64,000 nucleotides of DNA from an uncultured bacterium (GCA_963710755.1 CAVQBK010000003.1:448001-512000), one strand, 5' to 3'; counted from the stretch's first letter, positions 46,206 to 56,021 are shown. Translations and numbers: made by a program. Notes: generated by a model from the sequence alone, not told the origin.

Positions 46206-46594
46206 AGGGTCATCTCCTTTACCAGAACCATTTTTTCTCCCCCATTCTGCAACAACCTCCTGTGTTCTAACAGCACCTTATCCTACACTCCAAAGCTAGG
46301 GACAATGAAGCTTTAAGCAAAGATACCTCCTAATATATCGGTTGCTTCCCAGGGTCCTGACCTCTGTCACCTCCTTTGGCCGCTATTATTGTACTCCAAA
46401 CAGGACCGTACTCAATGCATAAATTAGACACGTTTAGGTTTGTCATGGTGCTGCCGGTGAGGATAAAAATGCTTGCCTTAAAAGGCTGATTGGCATTTGA
46501 TTCCCGGCCCGGCTGTGATATAGTTTATCCAATTGTGTGAAGTTGTTTTAAAGTCCAATGATGACTGCCGTTAAGTCCAAAACGCGGAGCGGCT

Positions 46595-47719
46595 ATGACC
46601 GAACCCAGTCCACTTCTCACCAATCTTATCCAGCGCTTGCATCAGGCCCGGCTGGATATCCGGCATCATGCTTTTCAAGTTCTAAAAACCCTGAATACGC
46701 AAAGCCCGGAAACCATTTCCGGACTGGCTCAAAGCTTCCATGACGATCCTGATGTCCGCCACCGTATTACGCTGTTAGAGGTGATGGTATGTCTTGAGCC
46801 GGATCACTACAAAACCATCTCTGCCTTAGAAGCGGCCCTGGACGCAAGGGAACCGGCCTTGGTGGACAAAGCGATCAATATTCTCAAATACACGGTTTTG
46901 CCTCCCACGGTGGTGAAGCGTCTGATCATGGACCTGCCAGCAGGGAAATTGCCGGCTTTGATCCAAGTGATCAAGCGCCTTCTCGGTGCCAACCAGCAAT
47001 TACTTCCCCATTTAATCAAGCTTTATGTTCAGGGACAATTGGAGGACAAGTTGAGTTTGCTCGAGCTCTTTTCCCATTTGGGTTCAACGGCCGTGACCGC
47101 CATGCCGGTGCTGATGAAAGATATTTATCAGCCCGAAGTACTTTGGCAGGACTGGCAGAATCCGCCGGGGAAGAAGAACCGGGCCTTTTACAGTATGGTC
47201 CGGCAGCAACTCATGCAGACCCTATATACGTTGGGTGAACCTCCGGAAGCGCTTGCACCGGCGTTGCTGGAGGCGTTGACTACGGAGGATGGAAAAGTTC
47301 ATCTGTTTGATGACCAGTTGGACTTTCATTATGCTGCGGAAGGGGAGCGGTTTTTGTGGGTTCATTTTATGGTGGCCACGGCCTTGATTAATCATCCCCA
47401 TACCAAGGCCCGATTGTTGCCCCTTTTAAAAACAGCCTTGCTTCATCATCATGCTCAGGTTCGCCGTTTGGTGGCGGAATTGTTGGGGCTCTATGCAGCA
47501 GAGGCTGTGGAGGCTATTGATCTCTTGTGCCATGTTTTGTTGGAGGACAGTTATTACCGTGTGCGCGGCCACGCCGCCGCTTCCCTGGGGCTGATTGCCA
47601 AAGCCGCGGGCTTGCTGCCGCAGGTGCTGCCGGCTTTGAGTCGTGCGCTTGACGATGAGCATGAATACGTCCGTCAAGGTGCGGATCTGGTTTTGGCCTG
47701 GATGGATCAGCATCACTAA
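46595..47719 (+). CDS. HEAT-repeat protein
   Basis: 'D..YRVRGHAAASLG', 'LPALSRALDDEHEYVRQ'. Confidence 0.75.
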   Translation: MTEPSPLLTNLIQRLHQARLDIRHHAFQVLKTLNTQSPETISGLAQSFHDDPDVRHRITLLEVMVCLEPDHYKTISALEAALDAREPALVDKAINILKYTVLPPTVVKRLIMDLPAGKLPALIQVIKRLLGANQQLLPHLIKLYVQGQLEDKLSLLELFSHLGSTAVTAMPVLMKDIYQPEVLWQDWQNPPGKKNRAFYSMVRQQLMQTLYTLGEPPEALAPALLEALTTEDGKVHLFDDQLDFHYAAEGERFLWVHFMVATALINHPHTKARLLPLLKTALLHHHAQVRRLVAELLGLYAAEAVEAIDLLCHVLLEDSYYRVRGHAAASLGLIAKAAGLLPQVLPALSRALDDEHEYVRQGADLVLAWMDQHH

Positions 47720-47764
47720 AATGTGGGTCACGACACGAGGACGGGTAAAATCAAAAAAACAAAT

Positions 47765-48821
47765 TTCAAGCCCAGGTGAGATGCCATTTAATGGCCTTGG
47801 GATCCTTGTCCTCCAGGTCCACCTTGGTGATTTTGAGCTTGATCAGCGCCAGGAACCCTGTTAGCCAGCCTTTCATAAACAGGCGTAGGAAAACAGGATA
47901 ATCAGGAAAATCCCTAAGCACCAAACTGCATCCCTTGGATCCAAAATTCTCAAGGGTCATGGCGCCGGTGCCATAATAGGATCTCCACAGTTTATCAAAT
48001 TTCTTCAGCACATATTCCTTGGTGGGAATGGATAAGAAGATTTTATAAAACATGGGTGTTTCCTTGGCCGTGGCCAGGCCTAAATCAAACAGGTTTTGCT
48101 CTTCACTGCCTTTAAACAGCAACTGCGCTGCTTCATATAAATGACTGCCTTCTTTGACCATGGGCAAATCCAGCCAGGAGACGGCCAAGCGTTTAAAATC
48201 CTCACGGCACTGGGGCATGAGCCTAGGTAAATAGTCCTTTTCAAAACTAAAGCCCCGGTCCTGTACCACCTTTTTGATCATCACAATGGACGCGCCTTTA
48301 ATTTTATTCATGATTTACTCCTTGAACAGGATTCAAGCCCAGGTGAGATGCCATTTAATGGCCTTGGGATCCTTGTCCTCCAGGTCCACCTTGGTGATTT
48401 TGAGCTTGATCAGCGCCAGGAACCCTGTTAGCCAGCCTTTCATAAACAGGCGTAGGAAAACAGGATAATCAGGAAAATCCCTAAGCACCAAACTGCATCC
48501 CTTGGATCCAAAATTCTCAAGGGTCATGGCGCCGGTGCCATAATAGGATCTCCACAGTTTATCAAATTTCTTCAGCACATATTCCTTGGTGGGAATGGAT
48601 AAGAAGATTTTATAAAACATGGGTGTTTCCTTGGCCGTGGCCAGGCCTAAATCAAACAGGTTTTGCTCTTCACTGCCTTTAAACAGCAACTGCGCTGCTT
48701 CATATAAATGACTGCCTTCTTTGACCATGGGCAAATCCAGCCAGGAGACGGCCAAGCGTTTAAAATCCTCACGGCACTGGGGCATGAGCCTAGGTAAATA
48801 GTCCTTTTCAAAACTAAAGCC
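47765..48821. repeat. Tandem duplication, 567-bp period, about 490 bp apparently identical
   Basis: 47765-48254 matches 48332-48821. Confidence 0.93.
47766..48311 (-). CDS. Hypothetical protein, DUF2378/HNOB-V4R-like, copy B
   Basis: 'IKG', 'AVSW', 'LWRSYYGTG', 'GWLTGFL'; AAGGAG RBS. Confidence 0.65.
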   Translation of the reverse strand: MNKIKGASIVMIKKVVQDRGFSFEKDYLPRLMPQCREDFKRLAVSWLDLPMVKEGSHLYEAAQLLFKGSEEQNLFDLGLATAKETPMFYKIFLSIPTKEYVLKKFDKLWRSYYGTGAMTLENFGSKGCSLVLRDFPDYPVFLRLFMKGWLTGFLALIKLKITKVDLEDKDPKAIKWHLTWA

Positions 48822-48878
48822 GCGGTCTTCCACCACTTTTCTGATCATGACGATAGAGGCACCTTTGACTTTATGCAT
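48333..48878 (-). CDS. Hypothetical protein, DUF2378/HNOB-V4R-like, copy A
   Basis: Identical to copy B after residue ~18; AAGGAG RBS. Confidence 0.65.
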   Translation of the reverse strand: MHKVKGASIVMIRKVVEDRGFSFEKDYLPRLMPQCREDFKRLAVSWLDLPMVKEGSHLYEAAQLLFKGSEEQNLFDLGLATAKETPMFYKIFLSIPTKEYVLKKFDKLWRSYYGTGAMTLENFGSKGCSLVLRDFPDYPVFLRLFMKGWLTGFLALIKLKITKVDLEDKDPKAIKWHLTWA

Positions 48879-48945
48879 GCTTTTCTCCTTTTTCCCTGGG
48901 AAGAGAGGCACCCAGGCCACATGATGTAATAAATTTACACGCTTA

Positions 48946-48973
48946 GTATCGGCCCTGGAATCTGAAAAATTAA
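48946..48973 (-). promoter_or_regulatory. sigma28-type promoter for the duplicated genes
   Basis: Minus strand TTAA-N16-GCCGATAC. Confidence 0.7.
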
Positions 48974-49084
48974 TTGACTAATAGCATATTTATAGTGAAG
49001 TTCAATGGAATGGTTTTTTCCATGGCCGGGCCAGCAATCAGACGGGGAGGTGGAAACTTGAAGAAAAAACAGCCCTTACTTGAT

Positions 49085-49112
49085 TAAGGATCCTGCCGAT
49101 GCCTGCCGATAC
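49085..49112 (+). promoter_or_regulatory. sigma28-type promoter (distal, towards fliD)
   Basis: TAAG-N16-GCCGATAC. Confidence 0.6.
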
Positions 49113-49227
49113 TGTTGGTGCACATTGCAACCGGGGGAATGCCGAACTTAATAAATATTGAATATAAAACAATTACAAGCAAGGCTCCGATGTTGTGGAT
49201 GGGACGGCTGTTTGGTTAAAATTTAAT

Positions 49228-49255
49228 TAAAGTTAGGCCCCTAATGGTACGAAAC
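49228..49255 (+). promoter_or_regulatory. sigma28-type promoter (proximal, fliD)
   Basis: TAAA-N16-TACGAAAC; matches 18961. Confidence 0.6.
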
Positions 49256-49296
49256 CTTTTATAGCAACTGATCGTCGGGGAGAAAGAGGTCGACCA

Positions 49297-51114
49297 ATGG
49301 CATCGGATATTACTTTTACAGGCTTGGCTTCCGGTATTGATACAGCCAGCATTGTGCAAAAATTAATGACCCTCGAACGTCGTCCTCAGGACAACTTGAA
49401 AAATAAAGTCCTCTACAACAGCGGCCTCAATGATGTCTACAGCACCCTTAATTCCCGTTTATCAGCTTTGAAGGATATCGTTAAGGATTTCGACGATATT
49501 GTGAATCCTTTTTTTGAACAAAAAAAAATCAGCACCTCCGACAGCGCGGTATTAAAGGCCACTATTACCGGCTCCTACCCGGCGGTGGGCAATTTTAGTG
49601 TCGATGTCACCGCCCTCGCCACGGCAGCCATGGTTAATGGCAGCGGGGCTTTGTACACGGGAGCGGACAGCACGGCTCAGCCGGCGGTTACCGCCAGTGC
49701 CAGTGGGGTCAATGGCCCCTCCTTAGTTGTTGATCCCAGCCAGTCTTTGGCCAGTCAGAGTGCCAACTTTGCCACGGCACCCCAAGCCTCAGGCAGCATT
49801 ACCATCAACGGTAAAACCATTGTCTGGGATGACAGTATGAGCCTTAATGAAATCATGGGGCAAATCAACAATGCCCACGCAGGGGTGACGGCCAGCTTTG
49901 ACCAGGGAACCCAAACCTTCAGCCTTACCTCCACCGAGATCGGAGCTGATGCGGAGATTATCACCAGCCAAAGCTCGGGTAATCTGTGGGAGACCCTGCA
50001 GGTCACGCCCGGCACCACTACGGGTGCTGATGCCGTAGTAACAGATCTCACCAAGGCTGTGGGGTCAGTGGATGCTCACCTGGATACCGCTGTCACCAGC
50101 GGCACCTTTACCATTAATGGCGTGATCTTTACGGTTGATGCAGCCACGGATACCCTGCAGACCGTGCTGGGGCGCATCAATAATTCCAGTGCCGGTGTCA
50201 ACGCCAGCTATGACACCACCACCGGACGCATTACCCTCTATCAGCAGGAAACCGGCAGCAGCCATCAGATTGTGCTGGGTGCGGCCGGCGACAGCAGTAA
50301 TTTTATCTTTGCCAGCAAACTTTCAGCCACCAATCCGCCGGTGGGCGGCGTCGCCGATACGTACAGTGGCACGGACGCCCTGGTTTCCCTCAACGGCGCT
50401 GCCGCGCAGAGTTACGATAGCAACACTATCAACGGCCTGGTGCCCGGGGTATCCCTTAGTTTGAAGAGTCTCGGCGAGAGCGCGGTCAGTGTGGAACGAG
50501 ACGTGGACGGCATGGTCGATACCGTCAAGGATTTTGTGGATCAATATAACAATGTGTTGACCTATATCAACGGCAAATTAAATGAAACCAAGGTGGAAAA
50601 CCCTTCCACGGTCTCCGACAAACTGCAAGGCGCCTTTGTGGGTGATTCGCTGATCATGGATACCAAGTCCGATCTGATCTCCATGGTAACTCAGGCGGCC
50701 CCGGGTCTTACCAGTGCCCTCAAGCATCTCTCTCAGATCGGCATTGACACCACCTCCGATAATTATGGGAAAGCCGGCACACTGACACTGGATGAAACGC
50801 AATTACGGGCTGCTTTGGAATCCGATCCGGAAAGCGTGGAAGCCCTGTTTAACGATCCCACTGAAGGCATCATGACCAAACTCAAGGAAAAATTGGGAAG
50901 TATGACCGATCCGATCTACGGTAGTTTTACTCTGGAAGAAAAAGCGATCACTGACAACAACAGCGATATTAATAAACGTATCGGGGATATGGAAGAACGG
51001 CTTACCAAACGGGAAGAGCAGCTCAAACTGGAATTTGCCAATATGGAATCCGCCGTGGCGCAACTTAACTCCATGGGATCGGCGTTGACCTCCATGATGG
51101 CTAAACTGGGATAA
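49297..51114 (+). CDS. fliD: Flagellar filament cap FliD
   Basis: 'ITFTGLASGIDTASIVQKLM.LERRP', 'FVDQYN', 'LSQIGI', 'F.NMESAVAQLNS'. Confidence 0.95.
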   Translation: MASDITFTGLASGIDTASIVQKLMTLERRPQDNLKNKVLYNSGLNDVYSTLNSRLSALKDIVKDFDDIVNPFFEQKKISTSDSAVLKATITGSYPAVGNFSVDVTALATAAMVNGSGALYTGADSTAQPAVTASASGVNGPSLVVDPSQSLASQSANFATAPQASGSITINGKTIVWDDSMSLNEIMGQINNAHAGVTASFDQGTQTFSLTSTEIGADAEIITSQSSGNLWETLQVTPGTTTGADAVVTDLTKAVGSVDAHLDTAVTSGTFTINGVIFTVDAATDTLQTVLGRINNSSAGVNASYDTTTGRITLYQQETGSSHQIVLGAAGDSSNFIFASKLSATNPPVGGVADTYSGTDALVSLNGAAAQSYDSNTINGLVPGVSLSLKSLGESAVSVERDVDGMVDTVKDFVDQYNNVLTYINGKLNETKVENPSTVSDKLQGAFVGDSLIMDTKSDLISMVTQAAPGLTSALKHLSQIGIDTTSDNYGKAGTLTLDETQLRAALESDPESVEALFNDPTEGIMTKLKEKLGSMTDPIYGSFTLEEKAITDNNSDINKRIGDMEERLTKREEQLKLEFANMESAVAQLNSMGSALTSMMAKLG

Positions 51115-51168
51115 TGAGCGCAACACCAGGCAACAGGTGAACGTTGAGTGACAAGGAGGTCAACAACA

Positions 51169-51597
51169 ATGCAGGCAGCTATGTCCATGAACGCGTATTC
51201 GAACAGTGCCAACACAATGGGTGATTCATTCAAGTCGTCCTATCAGGAGAATCAGGTCTATACCGCCAGCCGGGAAGAATTGATTCTCATGTTGTATGAA
51301 GGGGCGCTTAAATTCATCCGCTTCAGTCTGATAGCTTTGGAAGAACAGGATGTTCCTCAAATCGGGTTTAACATCCTGCGTGCCCAGAAGATTGTCCATT
51401 ATCTGGACATGTGTCTCAACATGGAAGCAGGTAAGGCAATCGCGGAAAATTTATCGCGCCTTTATGATTACATCAATCAAAAACTTTTTGAAGGCCAGCA
51501 AAAGAAAGACGCCGAGGCCATTAAAGAGGCGGCCAAGATCATTGAAACCCTTAAAGAGGCGTGGCAAACAGGTGTGGTTAACAGGACCGAGGCTTAG
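51169..51597 (+). CDS. fliS: Flagellin chaperone FliS
   Basis: 'YQENQVYTASREELILMLYEGA', 'IAENLSRLYDY', 'LKEAW'. Confidence 0.95.
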   Translation: MQAAMSMNAYSNSANTMGDSFKSSYQENQVYTASREELILMLYEGALKFIRFSLIALEEQDVPQIGFNILRAQKIVHYLDMCLNMEAGKAIAENLSRLYDYINQKLFEGQQKKDAEAIKEAAKIIETLKEAWQTGVVNRTEA

Positions 51598-51632
51598 CCA
51601 ATAGTCCGCGCACGGTCTTGCTGATCGGTTTT

Positions 51633-51668
51633 TAAAAAGGATGATCCCAAAGGGATCATCCTTTTTTT
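51633..51668 (+). terminator. Intrinsic terminator after fliS
   Basis: aaaaaggatgatccc-aaa-gggatcatccttttttt. Confidence 0.9.
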
Positions 51669-51745
51669 GTGCTTTTCTTAAAAATATGGCGGGCTTACCG
51701 AGACTAAGTCTATAATAACGGACAGTGGGGAAGGGGAGGCGTTGG

Positions 51746-52627
51746 GTGGATAAAAAAAAGCTCCTGAAAATCACGGAACGGATTACTGAATTTCCCACCC
51801 TGCCTACGGTCATTGCCAGGGTGATGCAGATCATGGATGACCCCAAGTCTTCGGCCGCGGACTTGACCAGTATCATTCAACTCGATCAAGCCATGATGTT
51901 CAGAATTCTCAAGATGGCCAACTCGGCTTATTACGGATTTCCCCGCGCCATTGCCACGGTGACTGAAAGCATTGTCCTGCTGGGCTTTACCACGGTGCGC
52001 AATATTATTCTTACCACCATGATCTACCAATTCGACCAGCTTTGGAACCGCCAACAAGACGTTAAGCCCGGGGCCATGGCTTTTGATCAAATGGAGGAAT
52101 GGCATCACGCCGTGGCCACGGCCATTGCCACTCGCGAACTTATCAGTCTGCAGCATCTGGGGGCTCTGGAAAATTTCGCCTATCTGGCCGGATTGATGCA
52201 TGATATCGGCAAGATCCTTTTCTTTCAGTATATGCCCGAAGATTACAAGCCCGTGCTTCAGGCCTTTCGTAAGAAAAAACAGGCCCTGTGGCAATTGGAA
52301 GAGGACATGCTGGGCGCGGATCACAGCCGGGTAGGCGCCTGGATTGTGGATAAGTGGAATTTGCCCGAAGATATTGTGGTGCCCATCAGCAACCACCACA
52401 CCCCGGAGAGATCCCAGGACCATCAAGAGCTGACCTGGGCATTGTACTGGGGCAATCATATTGCCTATGAGGCCTTGGGGGATCAGCCCCATGAGCCTGA
52501 ACCACAACTATGGCGGCAACAATTGGAAAGCATGATGGACGTGAGCCCGGAAAAGCAGGAAGCTCTGATTGTTAAAATCCGGGAAGAAGTGGATCACATT
52601 AAATCCTATATGGAACTGTCCCAATGA
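51746..52627 (+). CDS. HDOD domain protein
   Basis: 'FPTLP', 'ILKMANSAYYG', 'AGLMHDIGK', 'DHSRVGAW..KWNLP'. Confidence 0.93.
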   Translation: MDKKKLLKITERITEFPTLPTVIARVMQIMDDPKSSAADLTSIIQLDQAMMFRILKMANSAYYGFPRAIATVTESIVLLGFTTVRNIILTTMIYQFDQLWNRQQDVKPGAMAFDQMEEWHHAVATAIATRELISLQHLGALENFAYLAGLMHDIGKILFFQYMPEDYKPVLQAFRKKKQALWQLEEDMLGADHSRVGAWIVDKWNLPEDIVVPISNHHTPERSQDHQELTWALYWGNHIAYEALGDQPHEPEPQLWRQQLESMMDVSPEKQEALIVKIREEVDHIKSYMELSQ

Positions 52628-53991
52628 AGAAAAAAATCAATACCAGCCGCATAACAGGCGCAAAGAAGAAAACAGCCGTCTCACCGGTCTCCAAACGTCC
52701 GGCAGTTCCCACCCAAGCCCAGGAACCATCGGGTTTTAAAAACCATATTGATCTTTTGGAAAAGGTCAACCGCAGCCTGCGCGCCTATATTGGGGAGATG
52801 ACCAGTGTCTTCCGGTTTATCGAAACCGTGAGCGGCACTCACTCGTTGCATAAAATTCTTAAACTGCTGCTGGAAGTGGTTAAAGAATTATGTGCCTTCG
52901 ATGCCGGCGTGGTCTATCTGCATAAGCGGGGCAAGGGTGGCGGCAGTATTAAAACCCTTATGGCAGAAGACAATTCGGGTATCATCGAAAAGTTCCGCAA
53001 AACCATGGAGATCGATGAGAACATCTACGAGTGGGTGTTTCGCCAGGGCCAGGCGGTGATTATCCCCGAGAGTTTCCGTAAAAAAAATTCCCGCACCTTT
53101 AAACATTGGTCCTTTTTAATTGCGCCTTTAGTCTCCGGGCAGGAGCAGATCGGCCATCTCGAGCTGGCCTTTGACCGGCCTCAGGGCACCTTTACACAGC
53201 AGATGTTCAGTATTCTCAATGTGCTGCTCAAGCATGCCACGGTCATTCTCGTCAATGAGCGGGTTTATGAAAAAGAACGGCAGACCGCGCAAAAATATAT
53301 GGAATTGGACCTGTTGAAAAAGGACGTGGTCAACACCACCACCCATGAAATTAAAACGCCCTTGACCATCATTCAGGCGGCCAGCATCATCCTGGAAGGG
53401 GACGACAACATCACCTTGACAGAGCGCAAGGAATTGCTGGGCAAGATCATTGAACAATGCCGCCGTATTGATCTGATCGTCAACGAGCTTTTTGAAACCG
53501 CCCAGGTGGATGAACAGGTGCCGCTCATCAAGCCGCGGCCGATTAATTTAAACACTATTACCCGCGAGACCTTGAAGGATGTGCCGCACAATCCCAGCCT
53601 TGTTCATTTCGATCTGAACATTCCCGAGGCCCTGGTCACTTATGCCGACCCCAGCAGTATCTACAAAGTTTTTCGCAACTTAATTGAAAATGCCATCAAA
53701 TATTCTCCTCAAGGAGGACAGATCGTGATCCGTGCTCAGAGGCAGGACAGTAAGGTTCAGTGGATGATCAAGGATCAGGGCGTTGGTATCTCGGCCAAGG
53801 AACAGGAACAAATATTTGATAAATTTTTCCGCGGCGGTGAACTCTCCACCCGCCGGGTGGGCGGTATTGGCCTGGGGTTATATATTGTTAAAAAAAATGT
53901 GGAACTCAATCAGGGAACCGTGCGGGTGCAAAGCACACCTGGCGAAGGCACTACCTTTACGGTTACACTGCCGGGGGACAAAAGTAATTGA
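52624..53991 (+). CDS. Cytoplasmic GAF-like domain sensor histidine kinase
   Basis: 'THEIKTPLT', 'NLIENAIKYS', 'DQGVGI', 'GIGLGL'; no TM segment seen. Confidence 0.92.
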   Translation: MKKKINTSRITGAKKKTAVSPVSKRPAVPTQAQEPSGFKNHIDLLEKVNRSLRAYIGEMTSVFRFIETVSGTHSLHKILKLLLEVVKELCAFDAGVVYLHKRGKGGGSIKTLMAEDNSGIIEKFRKTMEIDENIYEWVFRQGQAVIIPESFRKKNSRTFKHWSFLIAPLVSGQEQIGHLELAFDRPQGTFTQQMFSILNVLLKHATVILVNERVYEKERQTAQKYMELDLLKKDVVNTTTHEIKTPLTIIQAASIILEGDDNITLTERKELLGKIIEQCRRIDLIVNELFETAQVDEQVPLIKPRPINLNTITRETLKDVPHNPSLVHFDLNIPEALVTYADPSSIYKVFRNLIENAIKYSPQGGQIVIRAQRQDSKVQWMIKDQGVGISAKEQEQIFDKFFRGGELSTRRVGGIGLGLYIVKKNVELNQGTVRVQSTPGEGTTFTVTLPGDKSN

Positions 53992-54071
53992 GGCCATTTT
54001 CCGTAATGGTAGGGATAAAATCAAACCTCCCACCTCAGACTGTATCACAACACAAAAACAAATAACTTGTT

Positions 54072-54150
54072 TGTCATTCCGGTGAATGCCGTAATCTAGT
54101 GATCTTGATTTTAAAGGCATTTCTGGACCCCGGTGAAAACCAGGATAACG
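54072..54150. repeat. Degenerate GTCATTCCGG-type REP-like element
   Basis: tgtcattccggtgaatgccgtaatctag ... ctggaccccggtgaaaaccaggataacg. Confidence 0.45.
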
Positions 54151-54596
54151 TCCACGCGCCCATGGTGCCGGCCACCTCTGCTCACTTGAATCTATATTGC
54201 TTCCCAACCGTAACACGCCTCTTTTTTAAACATTTTAATTCGATTCCCGCAAAAAAATTATCTTGTTTCCAACAGTGATGAAGAATAGGTTCCCCTAAAG
54301 TGGCTGGCACCATAGTTTACTTCGCACGGTGCAGGCCGACCTGTACCCTGCACCCGCTTATTGAGCCCGGTGCATCCAGGGTCAATTAAATTTTCCACAG
54401 CCCCTCCCCAGGCATGGTGTTCATTCCATACTCTGGACCCAAAGTCTATGGAATAAAATCCCTAGGTCCAAGTTAAAGGTGCTCTTGCCGATTATAGCAG
54501 GGTGGCTATCTTAATCCTCCATCATATTAATCTTTATTTATAAGCGTTTTATTGAAATACACCTAGAGGCCACCTGTAATGGCATAAAAATAAAAT

Positions 54597-54612
54597 TGGC
54601 ACATCTGTTGCT
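54597..54612 (+). promoter_or_regulatory. sigma54 promoter of the flgB operon
   Basis: Perfect TGGCAC-N5-TTGCT. Confidence 0.8.
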
Positions 54613-54655
54613 TATAATAAATTCGCCAATCTATTCCAGAAAGAAGGTGGCGTTT

Positions 54656-55114
54656 ATGCACGAATCCTTTGAATCCAACTCCAGCTTGGAACCAGTGGTG
54701 AATTCCCTGGGACGAATTCAAAGCCAGATTCAGGCGTTGATGGAAATGGAAAAGTCCTGGCGCGATGAATTGGATATGGAACAGCTCCAAGAGTTGATCA
54801 AGCGCAAACGCCAGCTGATTGACAACATCCAGCACCTTATCCGTGATCAACAGAATCTGGAAATGGAATTGGTCGAAAGCAGCGGTGAGGCGCTGCCATC
54901 TCAATATAAGGATTATCGGGACAAACAGGTGGCTGCTATTCATCAAATGCTGGAAAACATCATCAACTTGCACCAGAGCCATGAACAGAAACTCCAACAG
55001 CGCGCCAGCACCCTCAAACTCAATCTGGAAGAAGTGCAGCAGGCCATTGCCCTGGTCAAGGCCTACCATGTACAAAAACCAAATCAGGCCCGTCATATTG
55101 ACCTGGCGGGATAG
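54656..55114 (+). CDS. Helical hypothetical protein, FlgN/FliT-like
   Basis: Coiled coil 'LQELIKRKRQLIDNI', C-term 'KAY..Q..ARHID'; AAGGTGG RBS. Confidence 0.6.
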   Translation: MHESFESNSSLEPVVNSLGRIQSQIQALMEMEKSWRDELDMEQLQELIKRKRQLIDNIQHLIRDQQNLEMELVESSGEALPSQYKDYRDKQVAAIHQMLENIINLHQSHEQKLQQRASTLKLNLEEVQQAIALVKAYHVQKPNQARHIDLAG

Positions 55115-55203
55115 ACGGTTGTGCAAGATCCTGCTCGGACCTCCGCGCACTGAGAGCAGAAAGATAGAAAAACCATCCCAAAGAACTCAGGGGGAGTAAG
55201 GCC

Positions 55204-55614
55204 ATGAACATTAATTTTAACGGCTTTGACCTCAATCAAGTCATGCAGGTCCTGGATGTATTACAGGTTAAACATAAGACCCTGGCCGACAACATTGCCA
55301 ATACCAATACGCCCGGGTATATCCGTCAGGACGTGAACTTCCGGCAAGAATTGGAAAAAGTGTTGGAGCAGCCGTCTCCAGCCGCGTCGTTTCAAGACTC
55401 CGGCTATCCGGGGCAAGGACTGGATGCTCTAATGGCCCAGGATATTGAGATCCAGAGTGACACCAGCCAACCGGTCAAAACTGACGGCAATAATGTCAAT
55501 TTAGAGCAGGAAATGGTGGACCTAAGCCAGACCAGTCAGGCTTACGAAATCATGACCAAGCTGGCGTCCAACCGATTTAAACTGGCCAGTTATATTGTGA
55601 GAGGAGGACATTAA
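55204..55614 (+). CDS. flgB: Rod protein FlgB
   Basis: 'LADNIANTNTPGY..QDVNF', 'DGNNVNLEQEM'. Confidence 0.95.
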   Translation: MNINFNGFDLNQVMQVLDVLQVKHKTLADNIANTNTPGYIRQDVNFRQELEKVLEQPSPAASFQDSGYPGQGLDALMAQDIEIQSDTSQPVKTDGNNVNLEQEMVDLSQTSQAYEIMTKLASNRFKLASYIVRGGH

Positions 55615-55616
55615 GC

Positions 55617-56021
55617 ATGGAAATTTTTCCGGGCATGCTGATCAGCGCCAGTGGGCTGACTGCAGAGCGCACGCGCATGAATGTGATCGCCAATAACATT
55701 GCCAATGTCAACACCACCAAGACCGCCGACGGTTCGGTCTTCAAAAGGCAATTGGTGGAATTAATGTCCGTGGACGGGGACAGCAGCCCCACCGGCGTGC
55801 CGGGCGTGCAGGTGCAGGGCATTGTGGAAGATACGGCACCCTTTAAACTGAGCTATGAACCCAATCATCCTGATGCCAACGCGCAAGGATATGTCACCCG
55901 TCCCAACGTGGATATCATGATGGAAATGGTGGATCTTATCTCCGCCTCGCGCAGCTATGAAGCCAATGTCACGGTGCTGGAAAATGCCAAAGACATGGTG
56001 AAAAACGCCTTGGCGATCTGA
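55617..56021 (+). CDS. flgC: Rod protein FlgC
   Basis: 'ISASGLTAERTRMNVIANNIAN', 'YEPNHPDA..GYV', 'ASRSYEAN'. Confidence 0.97.
   Translation: MEIFPGMLISASGLTAERTRMNVIANNIANVNTTKTADGSVFKRQLVELMSVDGDSSPTGVPGVQVQGIVEDTAPFKLSYEPNHPDANAQGYVTRPNVDIMMEMVDLISASRSYEANVTVLENAKDMVKNALAI

Noticed and set aside
46270-46362. Possible minus-strand sigma28 promoter, AGGAGG and a 17-codon ORF upstream of baeRF
   Set aside because: Poor -35 and spacing, TTG start, and too short to support.
54468-54494. CCAA-N15-GCCGATTA sigma28-like site
   Set aside because: Weak -35 and a different spacer, with a perfect sigma54 site nearer the gene. Unresolved.
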